Shown: positions 10,424 to 19,450 of the stretch, piece after piece | How the letters are laid out: every line of letters starts with the position of its first letter | Position numbering within the stretch: position 1 is the stretch's first letter | The notes under the pieces: model-generated | Database searches by the model: none | What the model saw: the letters and a program-made list of their open reading frames with translations, nothing else | Told to the model about the DNA's origin: nothing | Program-made: the position numbers and the translations under genes | Assembly: GCA_965199825.1 (NCBI GenBank) | Contig: OZ241329.1 | Coordinates: 2,528,001-2,592,000, forward strand | Length of the DNA: 64,000 bases | From: Bdellovibrionales bacterium | GTDB lineage: Bacteria; Bdellovibrionota; Bdellovibrionia; Bdellovibrionales; UBA1609 | Direction of reading: 5' to 3'

Positions 10424-10497
10424 GTGACAACAATGACGGCTCTGATTCGAGTTCTGTGATAACCGTTGCATTAAAAAGCGATTGTACTGTGGAGGGA

Positions 10498-11304
10498 CTA
10501 ATGTCGATGATGGGCACGATGATGACCCGAGCACAAAATCGTCAGGTTCTCGATTTCATCTGTCCCACCTTTTGATCTGGGCTGCTGATGGTGGATATCA
10601 AGATGTCTTTGCTGCGTGCATCTTTCACCATTTTCATCGATGTGGGTACATTGACCCTCATACTTCTGATGCACTTTGCGTTTGATGGTGATTTTCGAAG
10701 AGCTTTTGGGCGGGCACGATTTTTTGAGTGGATCCAATTTCTCAAGTAATAACTGAGTTGCGTGATCGTGAACATCTTGGATGGTAGTAGCGCGTTTTAG
10801 TTTTTGGCTTAAAAGATCTTGGGCTCTTTCGATTTCTTTAAATTTTTCTTCTGTCACTGCATATGTGATTTGAATCAGAGTTGTTTCGCCCACTTGTTTG
10901 TATCGTGCCCGCTCGGGAATTGCTTTTTCAGGATGCGCTTTGGCGATTTGTTTTTCTAAATTTCTTTTTGTGCCTTTGGCGTGTTCGCACCATTCGAGAA
11001 CATTTTCTGGAGTGATGATACTTGCGATGCGGTTAATTTTAGAAACAGAAAGTTCACCCGTTTCCATTTGGGTTTTAAGTTCAGGAACTTCGGTAAATTT
11101 CTTGGCGAGTTTATTAAAGATGCTTGCCAGTTCCTCTGACATTTTGAGTTGCTTTGTTGAGTATTCAAAAAGGGATCGGCAGCCAAACTTATAATAGCTT
11201 CTGTTGCGCCACACTTGCTCTAAAGCATTCAACAATTCCATTTCGGTTTTGCGGTGGTTCTTTGCTGCGATCACTGCGGTCTCGTGAATTTTTTGATGAC
11301 TCAT
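10498..11304 (-). CDS. HNH endonuclease with helical (DUF222/ParB-HTH-like) N-terminal region, copy 1
   Basis: C-terminal QC..C..RHLDIHH..PRSKGGT..ENLTILCSGHHRAHH HNH motif; AGGAG SD; paralog of 38095-38919. Confidence 0.85.
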   Translation of the reverse strand: MSHQKIHETAVIAAKNHRKTEMELLNALEQVWRNRSYYKFGCRSLFEYSTKQLKMSEELASIFNKLAKKFTEVPELKTQMETGELSVSKINRIASIITPENVLEWCEHAKGTKRNLEKQIAKAHPEKAIPERARYKQVGETTLIQITYAVTEEKFKEIERAQDLLSQKLKRATTIQDVHDHATQLLLEKLDPLKKSCPPKSSSKITIKRKVHQKYEGQCTHIDENGERCTQQRHLDIHHQQPRSKGGTDEIENLTILCSGHHRAHHRH

Positions 11305-11360
11305 TAAATATCTCCTATTTACTGAGCCGATTGTAACATGGTTTTTTTGGATATGGATTT
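11305..11360 (-). promoter_or_regulatory. Conserved promoter/RBS block of HNH copy 1 (extended -10 TGTTACAAT, AGGAG)
   Basis: Aligns with 38040-38094 upstream of copy 2: aaat(c/g)cat..aaaa.ccatgtta...taaa.aggagatattt. Confidence 0.6.
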
Positions 11361-11510
11361 CAGGGGACTTCGTCTAGTTTTTACCATCAGGTTTTTCGTG
11401 GTGTTATTGAGTTGAGGTGCGCTTGTAAAGTGTGAACGCTTCAAAAATGAATCGAATGTATTTAAAAATTTAACCTTGGGGATTTAAAGACACTTAAAAA
11501 GCGGTCAATA

Positions 11511-11565
11511 TTTTTTTTGAGCGGGCACGATAATTTGTGAAACCAAACTCTGGCGGGCACGACAA
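11511..11565 (-). repeat. Two copies of the TCGTGCCCGC motif upstream of HNH copy 1
   Basis: GCGGGCACGA at 11521-11530 and 11553-11562 on the plus strand; same core as the 37511 array. Confidence 0.85.
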
Positions 11566-11669
11566 TCAACGAGATCGCCTAAGTCCACCCAAACACAAGT
11601 AAACCAAAGTGGTTTTTAGAGTGTTCGGATTCCGGGAGCAAATGGTTCATTAAGCGTCAGTTGTAAAAG

Positions 11670-11746
11670 TGGTCGGACCGACTGGATTCGAACCAGCGAC
11701 CCCAACCACCCCAAGGTTGTGCGCTACCAGGCTGCGCTACGGTCCG
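11670..11746 (-). tRNA. tRNA-Pro(GGG)
   Basis: CGGACCG acceptor stem, anticodon arm CAACC-TTGGGGT-GGTTG, GTTCGAATC T-loop, encoded CCA; usual position after ihfA-merR. Confidence 0.97.
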
Positions 11747-11802
11747 ACACAAGATGTCCGTGGCGTTTTGTTAGCAAATGCTCAGGGTGATGTAAAGCGC
11801 GA

Positions 11803-12285
11803 TTAAAAGCTGGAACGAAAACGAGATTTTAAACTTCTGATGTCATTAATCAGATCTTCGGTTTTGGATCGCGCATCTTCAAGACAATTGGTGACGGTGC
11901 GCAAATCTTTGACACGTTGATTGTCTTTGCGCAATTTTTTAAGAGCCGATTTTGCGCCTTCGATCGAAAATTTATCGCGATAAAGAAGTTTTTTGATGAG
12001 CATCAAAGTTTCAACATCTCGGCGCTCATACATGCGCTGATTGTGTTTTGATTTTTTGGGCCTGAGAGCTCCAAATTCGGTTTCCCAATATCGAAGAACG
12101 TAAGCTTTGACCTCTAACAGATCGGCAACCTCGCCGATTCGAAATGCCATTTTTTGCGGAATGCGTGAGAGATCACGCTCTAAAACATCATCCACCGCCA
12201 CTGGGACTGCCAGTGCCGCGGGAGCAAACAGTGTGGTCTCGAGAGTTAAGACCTCGTCGCGCTCAAGATTCGTCATCATCATCAC
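11803..12285 (-). CDS. MerR-family transcriptional regulator
   Basis: FRIGEVADLLEVKAYVLRYWETEF..RMY; conserved ihfA neighbour. Confidence 0.92.
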   Translation of the reverse strand: MMMMTNLERDEVLTLETTLFAPAALAVPVAVDDVLERDLSRIPQKMAFRIGEVADLLEVKAYVLRYWETEFGALRPKKSKHNQRMYERRDVETLMLIKKLLYRDKFSIEGAKSALKKLRKDNQRVKDLRTVTNCLEDARSKTEDLINDIRSLKSRFRSSF

Positions 12286-12607
12286 TCAAATTGGTTATGT
12301 CTTCGCCATTGAGAATTGCTTTTAAAACCTGGCTTGGACGAAAGGTCAAAACACGTCTCGCCGAAATTTTGATTTGATCACCGGTTTGAGGGTTTCGCCC
12401 CACGCGCTCTTTTTTTTCGCGCACAATAAAATTTCCGAATCCAGAAATTTTAACTTTGTCTCCATCGCACAACTTGTCTTTGAGGCTCGCAAAAACCATC
12501 TCTACCAACTCAGAAGCTTCTTTTTTTGAAAAGCCAATTTTTTGGTAAACCTTTTCGACAATATCAGCCTTTGTCATTGTGGATCGGCTTGTGTTGGTAG
12601 AATTCAT
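12263..12607 (-). CDS. ihfA: Integration host factor alpha subunit
   Basis: MTKADIVE..VKISGFGNF..R.GRNPQTG..ISARRVLTFRPSQ; follows pheT. Confidence 0.95.
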   Translation of the reverse strand: MNSTNTSRSTMTKADIVEKVYQKIGFSKKEASELVEMVFASLKDKLCDGDKVKISGFGNFIVREKKERVGRNPQTGDQIKISARRVLTFRPSQVLKAILNGEDITNLSDDDDES

Positions 12608-12653
12608 AGTGAAAGGCTAACAACCCAGATCGAAGTTGCAATTATTTTTCCAC

Positions 12654-15014
12654 TTACCGCATCGCAACGCCAAGGGTATTTTGGACCGCGGCGATCACCT
12701 TATTCTGGAGCGCCATTAAGGTCTCTTCCGAAAGGGTTGACTGCGCATCCTGGAGAATCATTCGGTAAGACAAACTACGAACACCTTGTGGCATGTTGTC
12801 GCCCACAAATATTTTTACCACCTGAAGGTGCTGCAAATAAGGTGTGGTGTTTTTTCGAATCACCTCTTCAACGCGCGATGTGGGCAAATCGAGAGGCACC
12901 AAAAACGAGAGGTCCCTTTCCACCGCAGGATAGAGCGAGAGACTCTTTATTTTGGTGGCACGGGGTTGACCTACCATCAATTGATCAAGATCAAGGTCGC
13001 ACAAAGCCAACTCGGTTTTTATTTTTTCTTGTTGAGCGCGTGCCGGATGCATGGTGCCTAATAAGCCCACCCGCCGTCCTTCGACTTTGATACTCACCGT
13101 TTGAGCGGGATGATACAGCGAGGGCACAGAATCTTCTTTTACAAATTGCAAACGACCAATTTTAAGTCGTGCACATAAATTTTCGATGACCGATTTTAAA
13201 ACAAAAACCGGAGGCTGGGGTTCATTCCAAAGGTCGGTGGTATTTCCAAATGCGATCAATGACAGTTTTCGTGTTTCGCTTTGATCGGAATTAAAAATTG
13301 AACCCAATTCAAAAATGCGCCCCGTGCCCACCCCATAACGCAAATTTTGGAGCACATTTTTTATCATGCCGGTTAAAAGCGAGCGCCTCATCACATTGTA
13401 CTCTTCGCTCAAGGGATTCAAAATTGGGATCTCTTGCCCCTCGCCGATCAAATCTAATTGGCGATCTTTATTTACGAACGCGTAGTTGATCACTTGCGAA
13501 AATCCTTCGGCCTCACAAATGCTGCGCAAGTATCGATCTTCAACATATTTTTTGGCATGCTGACTGGGCTCGATCAGCATTTTTGGAAAATGCTCCGGAA
13601 TTTTATCAAATCCATTGAGTCGACCGAATTCTTCAACAGCATCTACATCTTCTTCGAGATCGGCACGGTAAAGAGGTGCGGTGATTTTTAATTTGTTGTC
13701 GGACTCTTCGATTTTACAGTTGAGGTTTTTAAACGTGTCGATCAGCTGTTGTTTTGAAATCGGGTAACCCAATTTTTGACTTGGTAAATCGACATCGAGC
13801 AAAAAGGTGTGGGGTGTCTTTGGTTTGGGATATTGATCAAGCCCACCCACGCATTGGGCATGACAAATTTGTTCCAAAAGTTCTTTTGTGCGAGCAAGTG
13901 CTTGAGGAATAATATCGGCGTCTGTTCCGCGCGAAAATCGGTAGGCCGAGTCGGTTTCGATCCCAAGCTTTCGCGAAGTTTTGCGCACAGTTTGAGGAAC
14001 GAAATGGGCGGCCTCAATAAAGATTTCGGTGGTGTCATTCGAGATTCCAGAATTTGGACTGCCGATCACTCCGGCAATGACCATCGATTCATTTTTATTT
14101 TTGATCATCAGCTCTTCACCGCTGAGATTTATTTTTGATCCATCAAAACTTGTAAAAACCTCGGCTGGTGTCGAAAGGCTGACCTCAATCTGTTGACCAG
14201 TTAATTTTGCAAGATCAAAGGCATGCAAAGGTTGACCGAGTTCCATCATCACAAAGTTTGTGATGTCGACCACATTATTGACCGAGTTGATATCCACTGA
14301 TTGAAGACGCGTTTTTAACCACTGGGGCGAGGGTGCAACTTTGATATTCTTAAACTGCAGCCCCGCATAACGAGGACACAACTCGGGCTCCTTCAAATTC
14401 AAACTAATACTGCTATTTTTGAGTTCGACCGCTTCAGATATTTTTTGTTTTAATGGCCGATTAAAATCAAAGGTGAGCTCACGAGCCAAACCAAAATGGC
14501 TAAGAGCATCCGAGCGATTGGGATAAACTTTGAGATCAAAGATCACATCGTCTTTGCCCATGTAATTCGCAAAACTTTGGCCCACGGGTGCGCTCGAATC
14601 CAAAATCATAATTCCTTCGGAATCTTCTAAAAGCCCAAGTTCTTTTTCAGAACACAACATCCCTTGGCTTTCGACATCGCGAATTTTTGAAAGTTTGATC
14701 TCAAAATTTCCGGGCAACACCGCACCGACCATTGCAACCACCACATGGTCCAACGCTTTATGATTTTTGGCACCGCACACAATTTGTTTTGTGACTCCAC
14801 CGCCCACATCGACTTTGCAGAGGCTTAAGCGATCGGCATTGGGATGCTGACCTTTTTCAAGAATCTTACCGATCACAACATGATCAAAATTTTTACTTAA
14901 ATCCTCAACCCCTTCGACCTCAAAGCCCACCGAGGTCAAACGCTCGGCAATCGCTTGTGCCGAAAGATCTTTGAGATCAATAAATTCATTAAGCCACTTG
15001 AGCGACATTTTCAT
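12654..15014 (-). CDS. pheT: Phenylalanyl-tRNA synthetase beta subunit
   Basis: HPNADRL, IVCGAKN, SQGMLCS, PNRSDALS, ELGQPLHAFD, ERDLSF. Confidence 0.97.
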   Translation of the reverse strand: MKMSLKWLNEFIDLKDLSAQAIAERLTSVGFEVEGVEDLSKNFDHVVIGKILEKGQHPNADRLSLCKVDVGGGVTKQIVCGAKNHKALDHVVVAMVGAVLPGNFEIKLSKIRDVESQGMLCSEKELGLLEDSEGIMILDSSAPVGQSFANYMGKDDVIFDLKVYPNRSDALSHFGLARELTFDFNRPLKQKISEAVELKNSSISLNLKEPELCPRYAGLQFKNIKVAPSPQWLKTRLQSVDINSVNNVVDITNFVMMELGQPLHAFDLAKLTGQQIEVSLSTPAEVFTSFDGSKINLSGEELMIKNKNESMVIAGVIGSPNSGISNDTTEIFIEAAHFVPQTVRKTSRKLGIETDSAYRFSRGTDADIIPQALARTKELLEQICHAQCVGGLDQYPKPKTPHTFLLDVDLPSQKLGYPISKQQLIDTFKNLNCKIEESDNKLKITAPLYRADLEEDVDAVEEFGRLNGFDKIPEHFPKMLIEPSQHAKKYVEDRYLRSICEAEGFSQVINYAFVNKDRQLDLIGEGQEIPILNPLSEEYNVMRRSLLTGMIKNVLQNLRYGVGTGRIFELGSIFNSDQSETRKLSLIAFGNTTDLWNEPQPPVFVLKSVIENLCARLKIGRLQFVKEDSVPSLYHPAQTVSIKVEGRRVGLLGTMHPARAQQEKIKTELALCDLDLDQLMVGQPRATKIKSLSLYPAVERDLSFLVPLDLPTSRVEEVIRKNTTPYLQHLQVVKIFVGDNMPQGVRSLSYRMILQDAQSTLSEETLMALQNKVIAAVQNTLGVAMR

Positions 15015-16039
15015 TTTGCAAACTGCCTTAAAAATTGAATGTTGTTTTCAAAAAAATGACGAATGTCTTCGACCCCGTATTTTAAAATCGCCATGCGCTC
15101 GAGCCCAAATCCAAATGCAAACCCTTGCCATTCTTTTGGATCAAGCTTGAGTGCTTTAAAAACTTTTGGATGCACACAACCACATCCCCCAAGTTCGACC
15201 CAGCCCGTTTGCTGACACATTCTGCAGCCTTTGCCTTTACAGATCATACACGACCCATCAAATTCGGCCGACGGTTCGGTGAATGGAAAAAAGCTGGGCC
15301 GAAATCTCACTTTCATATCGCTGCCAAAAAGTTCTCGCAAAAAGTAAGAGATTGTTCCTTTAAGATCAGCCATCGAAACTTTTTGATCGACCACCAATCC
15401 CTCAACCTGATGAAAATTGGGCGAGTGCGAAACATCACTATCGCAACGAAATACCGATCCCGGTGCTAAAATGCGAATGGGCGGTTTTTCGGTTTGCATC
15501 ACACGAATTTGCACAGGCGATGTGTGGGTGCGAAGAACAGTGTCTTTGGAAATATAAAATGTGTCTTGCATGTCGCGCGAAGGATGATCGGGCGGAATAT
15601 TGAGAGCCTCAAAATTATACCAATCGCTCTCAATCTGCGGGCCCAGTCGCACCGAAAATCCGATGTGCGATAAAATATCGGTGATCTCATCTTGAATCAA
15701 AGCGATGGGATGAATTGAGCCGATCTCGCGTCTTGGCCCCGGAAGAGTAAGATCAAGAGTTTCTGATTTAATTTTATTTTCAAGTGCCTGAGATTTTAAA
15801 ACATCCTCGACCTTTAAATAATTCTCTTCAAGAATTTGCTTTGTGATATTCACAAGCTTTCCAAAAGCGGGCTTTTGTTCTTTTGAAAGAGACTGCATCT
15901 CCTTCATCAAATTTGTGAGTTCACCTTGTTTACCCAAAAATTTTGTTTTTTGTTCATACAAGGCCGTGGTGTCTTGAGCGTTTTTAAAGGCATCAAGGGC
16001 TTCACTTTGCAAATCGGTAAGCTTTTGTTCCAACGTCAT
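15011..16039 (-). CDS. pheS: Phenylalanyl-tRNA synthetase alpha subunit
   Basis: HPSRDMQDTFY, LRTHTSPVQ, FRPSFFPFTEPS, GFAFGFGLER. Confidence 0.98.
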   Translation of the reverse strand: MTLEQKLTDLQSEALDAFKNAQDTTALYEQKTKFLGKQGELTNLMKEMQSLSKEQKPAFGKLVNITKQILEENYLKVEDVLKSQALENKIKSETLDLTLPGPRREIGSIHPIALIQDEITDILSHIGFSVRLGPQIESDWYNFEALNIPPDHPSRDMQDTFYISKDTVLRTHTSPVQIRVMQTEKPPIRILAPGSVFRCDSDVSHSPNFHQVEGLVVDQKVSMADLKGTISYFLRELFGSDMKVRFRPSFFPFTEPSAEFDGSCMICKGKGCRMCQQTGWVELGGCGCVHPKVFKALKLDPKEWQGFAFGFGLERMAILKYGVEDIRHFFENNIQFLRQFAK

Positions 16040-16062
16040 AATAAATTTAGTACTATCCTAGG

Positions 16063-16812
16063 GTGACACCAAAATCCAAGATCTCTTCACGCGAAAATTA
16101 TCGATTTAAGATTTGGAAATCGCTTCTCTCAAGCGATGGGATCAAAAAGCATGGCCAATTTTTATTAAGCGGGCCCAAATTTGTGAGCGAGGCTAAATCC
16201 TCCTCGCTTATCGTCGAGGCCTTGGTGCCCGAAGACTCATTGGAAAACTTTGATCAGCCCACCACCATCTTAGGCCCAGAGCTTTTTAAGGCCCTTGATC
16301 TATTTAAAACCGGTTCACCACTTTTAGTCGGACGAATTCCAGAAATTAAAGCTGACGATCTCTTAAATGATGCCAGCGAGCCGACACTTATCACTGCCCT
16401 TGGCCATCCCGACAATCTTGGATCGCTCATTCGCTCGGCCGAAGCGTTTGGTGTCACCCGAATTGTATTGTTAAAAGAAAGCGCTCATCCCTTCCATCCC
16501 AAATGTCTTAGAGCTTCGGCTGGGAGTGCGTTGAGATGCCAATTTTCCAAAGGCCCTTCGCTTAATAATTTGAGCGCGGTTTCAGATCTTTTAATGATGG
16601 ATCTTCATGGCCAAAATATTTCTGAATTTGAATGGCCCAAGCATTTTCGTTTATTGATTGGATCCGAAGGAATGGGCATTCCCCAAAACCTCACCGCACA
16701 GCGCCTCCATATTCCGATGGCGCCTTCAGCCGAATCTCTTAACGGAGGCATTAGCGGCAGTATTGCTCTTTATCAAAGGTGGACGAAGGTAGACTTTAAA
16801 AACAGTAAATAA
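16063..16812 (+). CDS. TrmH/SpoU-family RNA methyltransferase
   Basis: PDNLGSLIRSAEAFG, RASAG, IGSEGMG, IPM..ESLN SPOUT motifs. Confidence 0.9.
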   Translation: MTPKSKISSRENYRFKIWKSLLSSDGIKKHGQFLLSGPKFVSEAKSSSLIVEALVPEDSLENFDQPTTILGPELFKALDLFKTGSPLLVGRIPEIKADDLLNDASEPTLITALGHPDNLGSLIRSAEAFGVTRIVLLKESAHPFHPKCLRASAGSALRCQFSKGPSLNNLSAVSDLLMMDLHGQNISEFEWPKHFRLLIGSEGMGIPQNLTAQRLHIPMAPSAESLNGGISGSIALYQRWTKVDFKNSK

Positions 16813-17668
16813 GATCATTATGGGTTTGTGGGGTCGACCATAAACTCAAAACAAATCCACCATCCCCAGAGCCTGTGGGTTTTGTTGCCAAAGCCCCACG
16901 GGATTTTAAATCGGTCATATGGGTTTGAAGTTCTGAATTGATCAGCCCCCAATTTTTAAAACACTCCACCGCAAGATCAAGAGCCGCACTCAACTGATCA
17001 AGCCCATTTTTTTGGCTCAAAGAAGCGATCGCTTGATGAACCGCCTGATCCATTTGCTGATCAAGACTCATGGCTAACTCTAAATTCTTTTTGAAAAGCT
17101 GACCCACTTTTTGCACACAATCTTTGGTCATGCCCCGACGCCCCGAATAGGACAAATACAAATGAGGTACCCAATTGAGTTTTAAAACTTTTGGTTCAAT
17201 CCCCCGTTTAAAAACCAAGGGTTGGGGATTCAAAGCCACCGCAATATCGACCCCGCTGCTTTCACCATGAAAAAGATTTTCGAGTCTACGCGCAAAAGTG
17301 TATGCCTCTGCCTCAGGAATCCAGCCCTTAAAAATGCACCACTTAGCAACTGCCCCACACAGTGCCGCCGAAGCTCCAAGCCCTGCTCCCACCGGAAGAT
17401 TAGAATCCAAAATAAAATGGCCACTTAAACCTTCGCGCTCAATTTTTAAAAAGCCGCACGCACTTTCAAGCACACCCCAAAATAACAACTCATATTCGCT
17501 GCCGTGATCACCCAAAAATTCGGCATTGAGCATCACACCTTGTGAATTATATTTAAGATGAAAATGCTTTCCTAAAAGTGGAAAGACCAAAGCGGTTCCA
17601 TGACGAATCACCGCGTGCTCGCCTGCTAAAATCCATTTTCCATGAGTGGTGATTTCAAAGTGCGACAT
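16796..17668 (-). CDS. mvk: Mevalonate kinase (GHMP family)
   Basis: GKWILAGEHAV, LPVGAGLGASAA, HGESSGVD, KPTGSGDGG. Confidence 0.85.
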   Translation of the reverse strand: MSHFEITTHGKWILAGEHAVIRHGTALVFPLLGKHFHLKYNSQGVMLNAEFLGDHGSEYELLFWGVLESACGFLKIEREGLSGHFILDSNLPVGAGLGASAALCGAVAKWCIFKGWIPEAEAYTFARRLENLFHGESSGVDIAVALNPQPLVFKRGIEPKVLKLNWVPHLYLSYSGRRGMTKDCVQKVGQLFKKNLELAMSLDQQMDQAVHQAIASLSQKNGLDQLSAALDLAVECFKNWGLINSELQTHMTDLKSRGALATKPTGSGDGGFVLSLWSTPQTHNDLIYCF

Positions 17669-18566
17669 CAGAGTATTGTGCTTTTATTTTGTTTTTGAGT
17701 TCGGTCTGATCATTCCTAAAAATAAGATGAATGTTGGGGCCTGCATCCATTGTGATAATTGGACCATCACCTTGAACTTCAAACTCGGTATACAATTCTC
17801 TTAAAATTTTGAGAGTCACATCGGTCATGTAACCAAAGGGCTCGGCACACGTTTCAAACAGAGTGTGCATCTCCCAAAATTCGGCCCAACAAATTTTAAC
17901 CGCACGAGTCCAATCTTTGAGAAGGGCTATTTTTAATTCCACCATTCTTTGGTGTGCTCTTTGAGCTCGGTGCTCAATAAGGGGTGAAGTCAAAACCCGC
18001 TGATGGGCTTCGCTGGAGGAAACATTTTTTTTATCGCGCGAAACAATGAGGGCCAAATGTTCGAGCTTTAAATCGGGCAAGTCCGATGGATAGGCCTTTT
18101 CGCCTGTCCACTCACCAAAAGGAAAAAATAAACTGCGGCACGAAGATCCCGAACCCTGCCGACTCAAAATCGCAAGCTCTTCGGGGGTGCGCTCCCGATA
18201 ATCCCCTTTTGTTTTTGCAAGCTCGGCCGTGGCCAAAGTCAAAGCGGCAAAACTCGAGGCCGAAGAGGCAAGCCCGCAGTCTGAGGGAAAATTGTTTTGG
18301 GTCGTAATCAAATACTCGCCCTTGATTTTAAATTGCTCGCATAAAAATTTAAAAAATTTCTCAAACCGCAGTCTGCCTTCATTAGAAAGCTCCACCTCAC
18401 CTTGAGTTTCAACTTTTGTTTTCGAACTTTTATCGAGCTGCACCTGTGTGGTGAGGTGATTCAAGGTTAATGACAGGGAAGAATTGAGCGGAATATTTTT
18501 GCCCTTGGCCTTCCCCATATATTTGATCAATGCAATATTGGCTGGAGCTGATGCCGACCACGTCAT
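17655..18566 (-). CDS. mvaD: Diphosphomevalonate decarboxylase
   Basis: NIALIKYMGK, P.NSSLS, GLASSAS, RQGSGSSCRS, TMDAGPNIH. Confidence 0.93.
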   Translation of the reverse strand: MTWSASAPANIALIKYMGKAKGKNIPLNSSLSLTLNHLTTQVQLDKSSKTKVETQGEVELSNEGRLRFEKFFKFLCEQFKIKGEYLITTQNNFPSDCGLASSASSFAALTLATAELAKTKGDYRERTPEELAILSRQGSGSSCRSLFFPFGEWTGEKAYPSDLPDLKLEHLALIVSRDKKNVSSSEAHQRVLTSPLIEHRAQRAHQRMVELKIALLKDWTRAVKICWAEFWEMHTLFETCAEPFGYMTDVTLKILRELYTEFEVQGDGPIITMDAGPNIHLIFRNDQTELKNKIKAQYSDVAL

Positions 18567-19450
18567 TTATTCTCTCCAAACGGATAAACCTTAAGCTCTA
18601 AACCTAAAGCCAGATCCTTTTCGGTTGCAACCAATTCATAAGATTTCATAGCCTCAAATATTTTTTGTTTATTCAAATTGGAGTAATAGATTACAACTGT
18701 ATCCGCACCCATTCCGCCAGAGCCTTTGACAAATTCAACTGCCGAATTTTTTTGTAAAAAACTAATTAAATCTTTGGTCGTTGCCGCAACTAAATTATTT
18801 GAATTGAGATGCTGTCCAAATTTTTTTAGAGCGGTCAAAAACTGATCGTAATCTTTGATTTCAAAACCATCGATCACCTCTTGAGCTGCGCCCTTGATCA
18901 CATCAAACGGAAGATCTTGAAGATCGACCAAATGAGAGTGGGTGTTGATTTTAAAACCGGTACGGTAAATTGCAAAACCGTGATTCTCAAATGGCCACCG
19001 CAGCGGCCGGGCTGCGGCAGGATCAAACGTCACTTGTGCAATCTGACCTACGCATTGACACAAAAGATCGGCACCACTCGACGAGTCTTTTTTTAAATCA
19101 AGTATGCGGCGAAACTCTTGCCACAGGGATTCAACACTGAGAGCTCTCGATTCGGCATAATTGTAAAGTGCGACCACCGACAAAAACTGTGCACCCGACG
19201 CTCCAAATCCACCCCGCCCCTGATGAGGATCTTCAAAACTCAAATCAAATTTAGAAAAAAACGAGCTGTGCTCGCGCACAAAATATCCCGCAGGACTTTC
19301 AGCATGAAACCCACTGGCTAAGCCATTGCCCTCTTGAACGATCAAATGAAAATAAGGTGTGGTTGCAGCAATAAGGGCTGCACCATTTTTAAGGGTGGCA
19401 TACTCACCACTCAAATAAGTTTTGCTCGGAATCGAGAGTTTCAATGTCAT
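18563..19450 (-). CDS. Divergent GHMP kinase, probable phosphomevalonate kinase
   Basis: PSKTYLSGEY, GFGASGA, SGAD, KGSGGMGAD; position within the mevalonate cluster. Confidence 0.7.
   Translation of the reverse strand: MTLKLSIPSKTYLSGEYATLKNGAALIAATTPYFHLIVQEGNGLASGFHAESPAGYFVREHSSFFSKFDLSFEDPHQGRGGFGASGAQFLSVVALYNYAESRALSVESLWQEFRRILDLKKDSSSGADLLCQCVGQIAQVTFDPAAARPLRWPFENHGFAIYRTGFKINTHSHLVDLQDLPFDVIKGAAQEVIDGFEIKDYDQFLTALKKFGQHLNSNNLVAATTKDLISFLQKNSAVEFVKGSGGMGADTVVIYYSNLNKQKIFEAMKSYELVATEKDLALGLELKVYPFGENK

Noticed and set aside
10498..11304. IscB/Cas9-like RNA-guided nuclease
   Set aside because: No RuvC motifs or PLMP domain, only about 270 aa, and no conserved structured RNA is evident between the two loci.
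10498..11746. Prophage or integrative island at tRNA-Pro
   Set aside because: No integrase, and I found no duplicated tRNA 3' end (att site) in the window.
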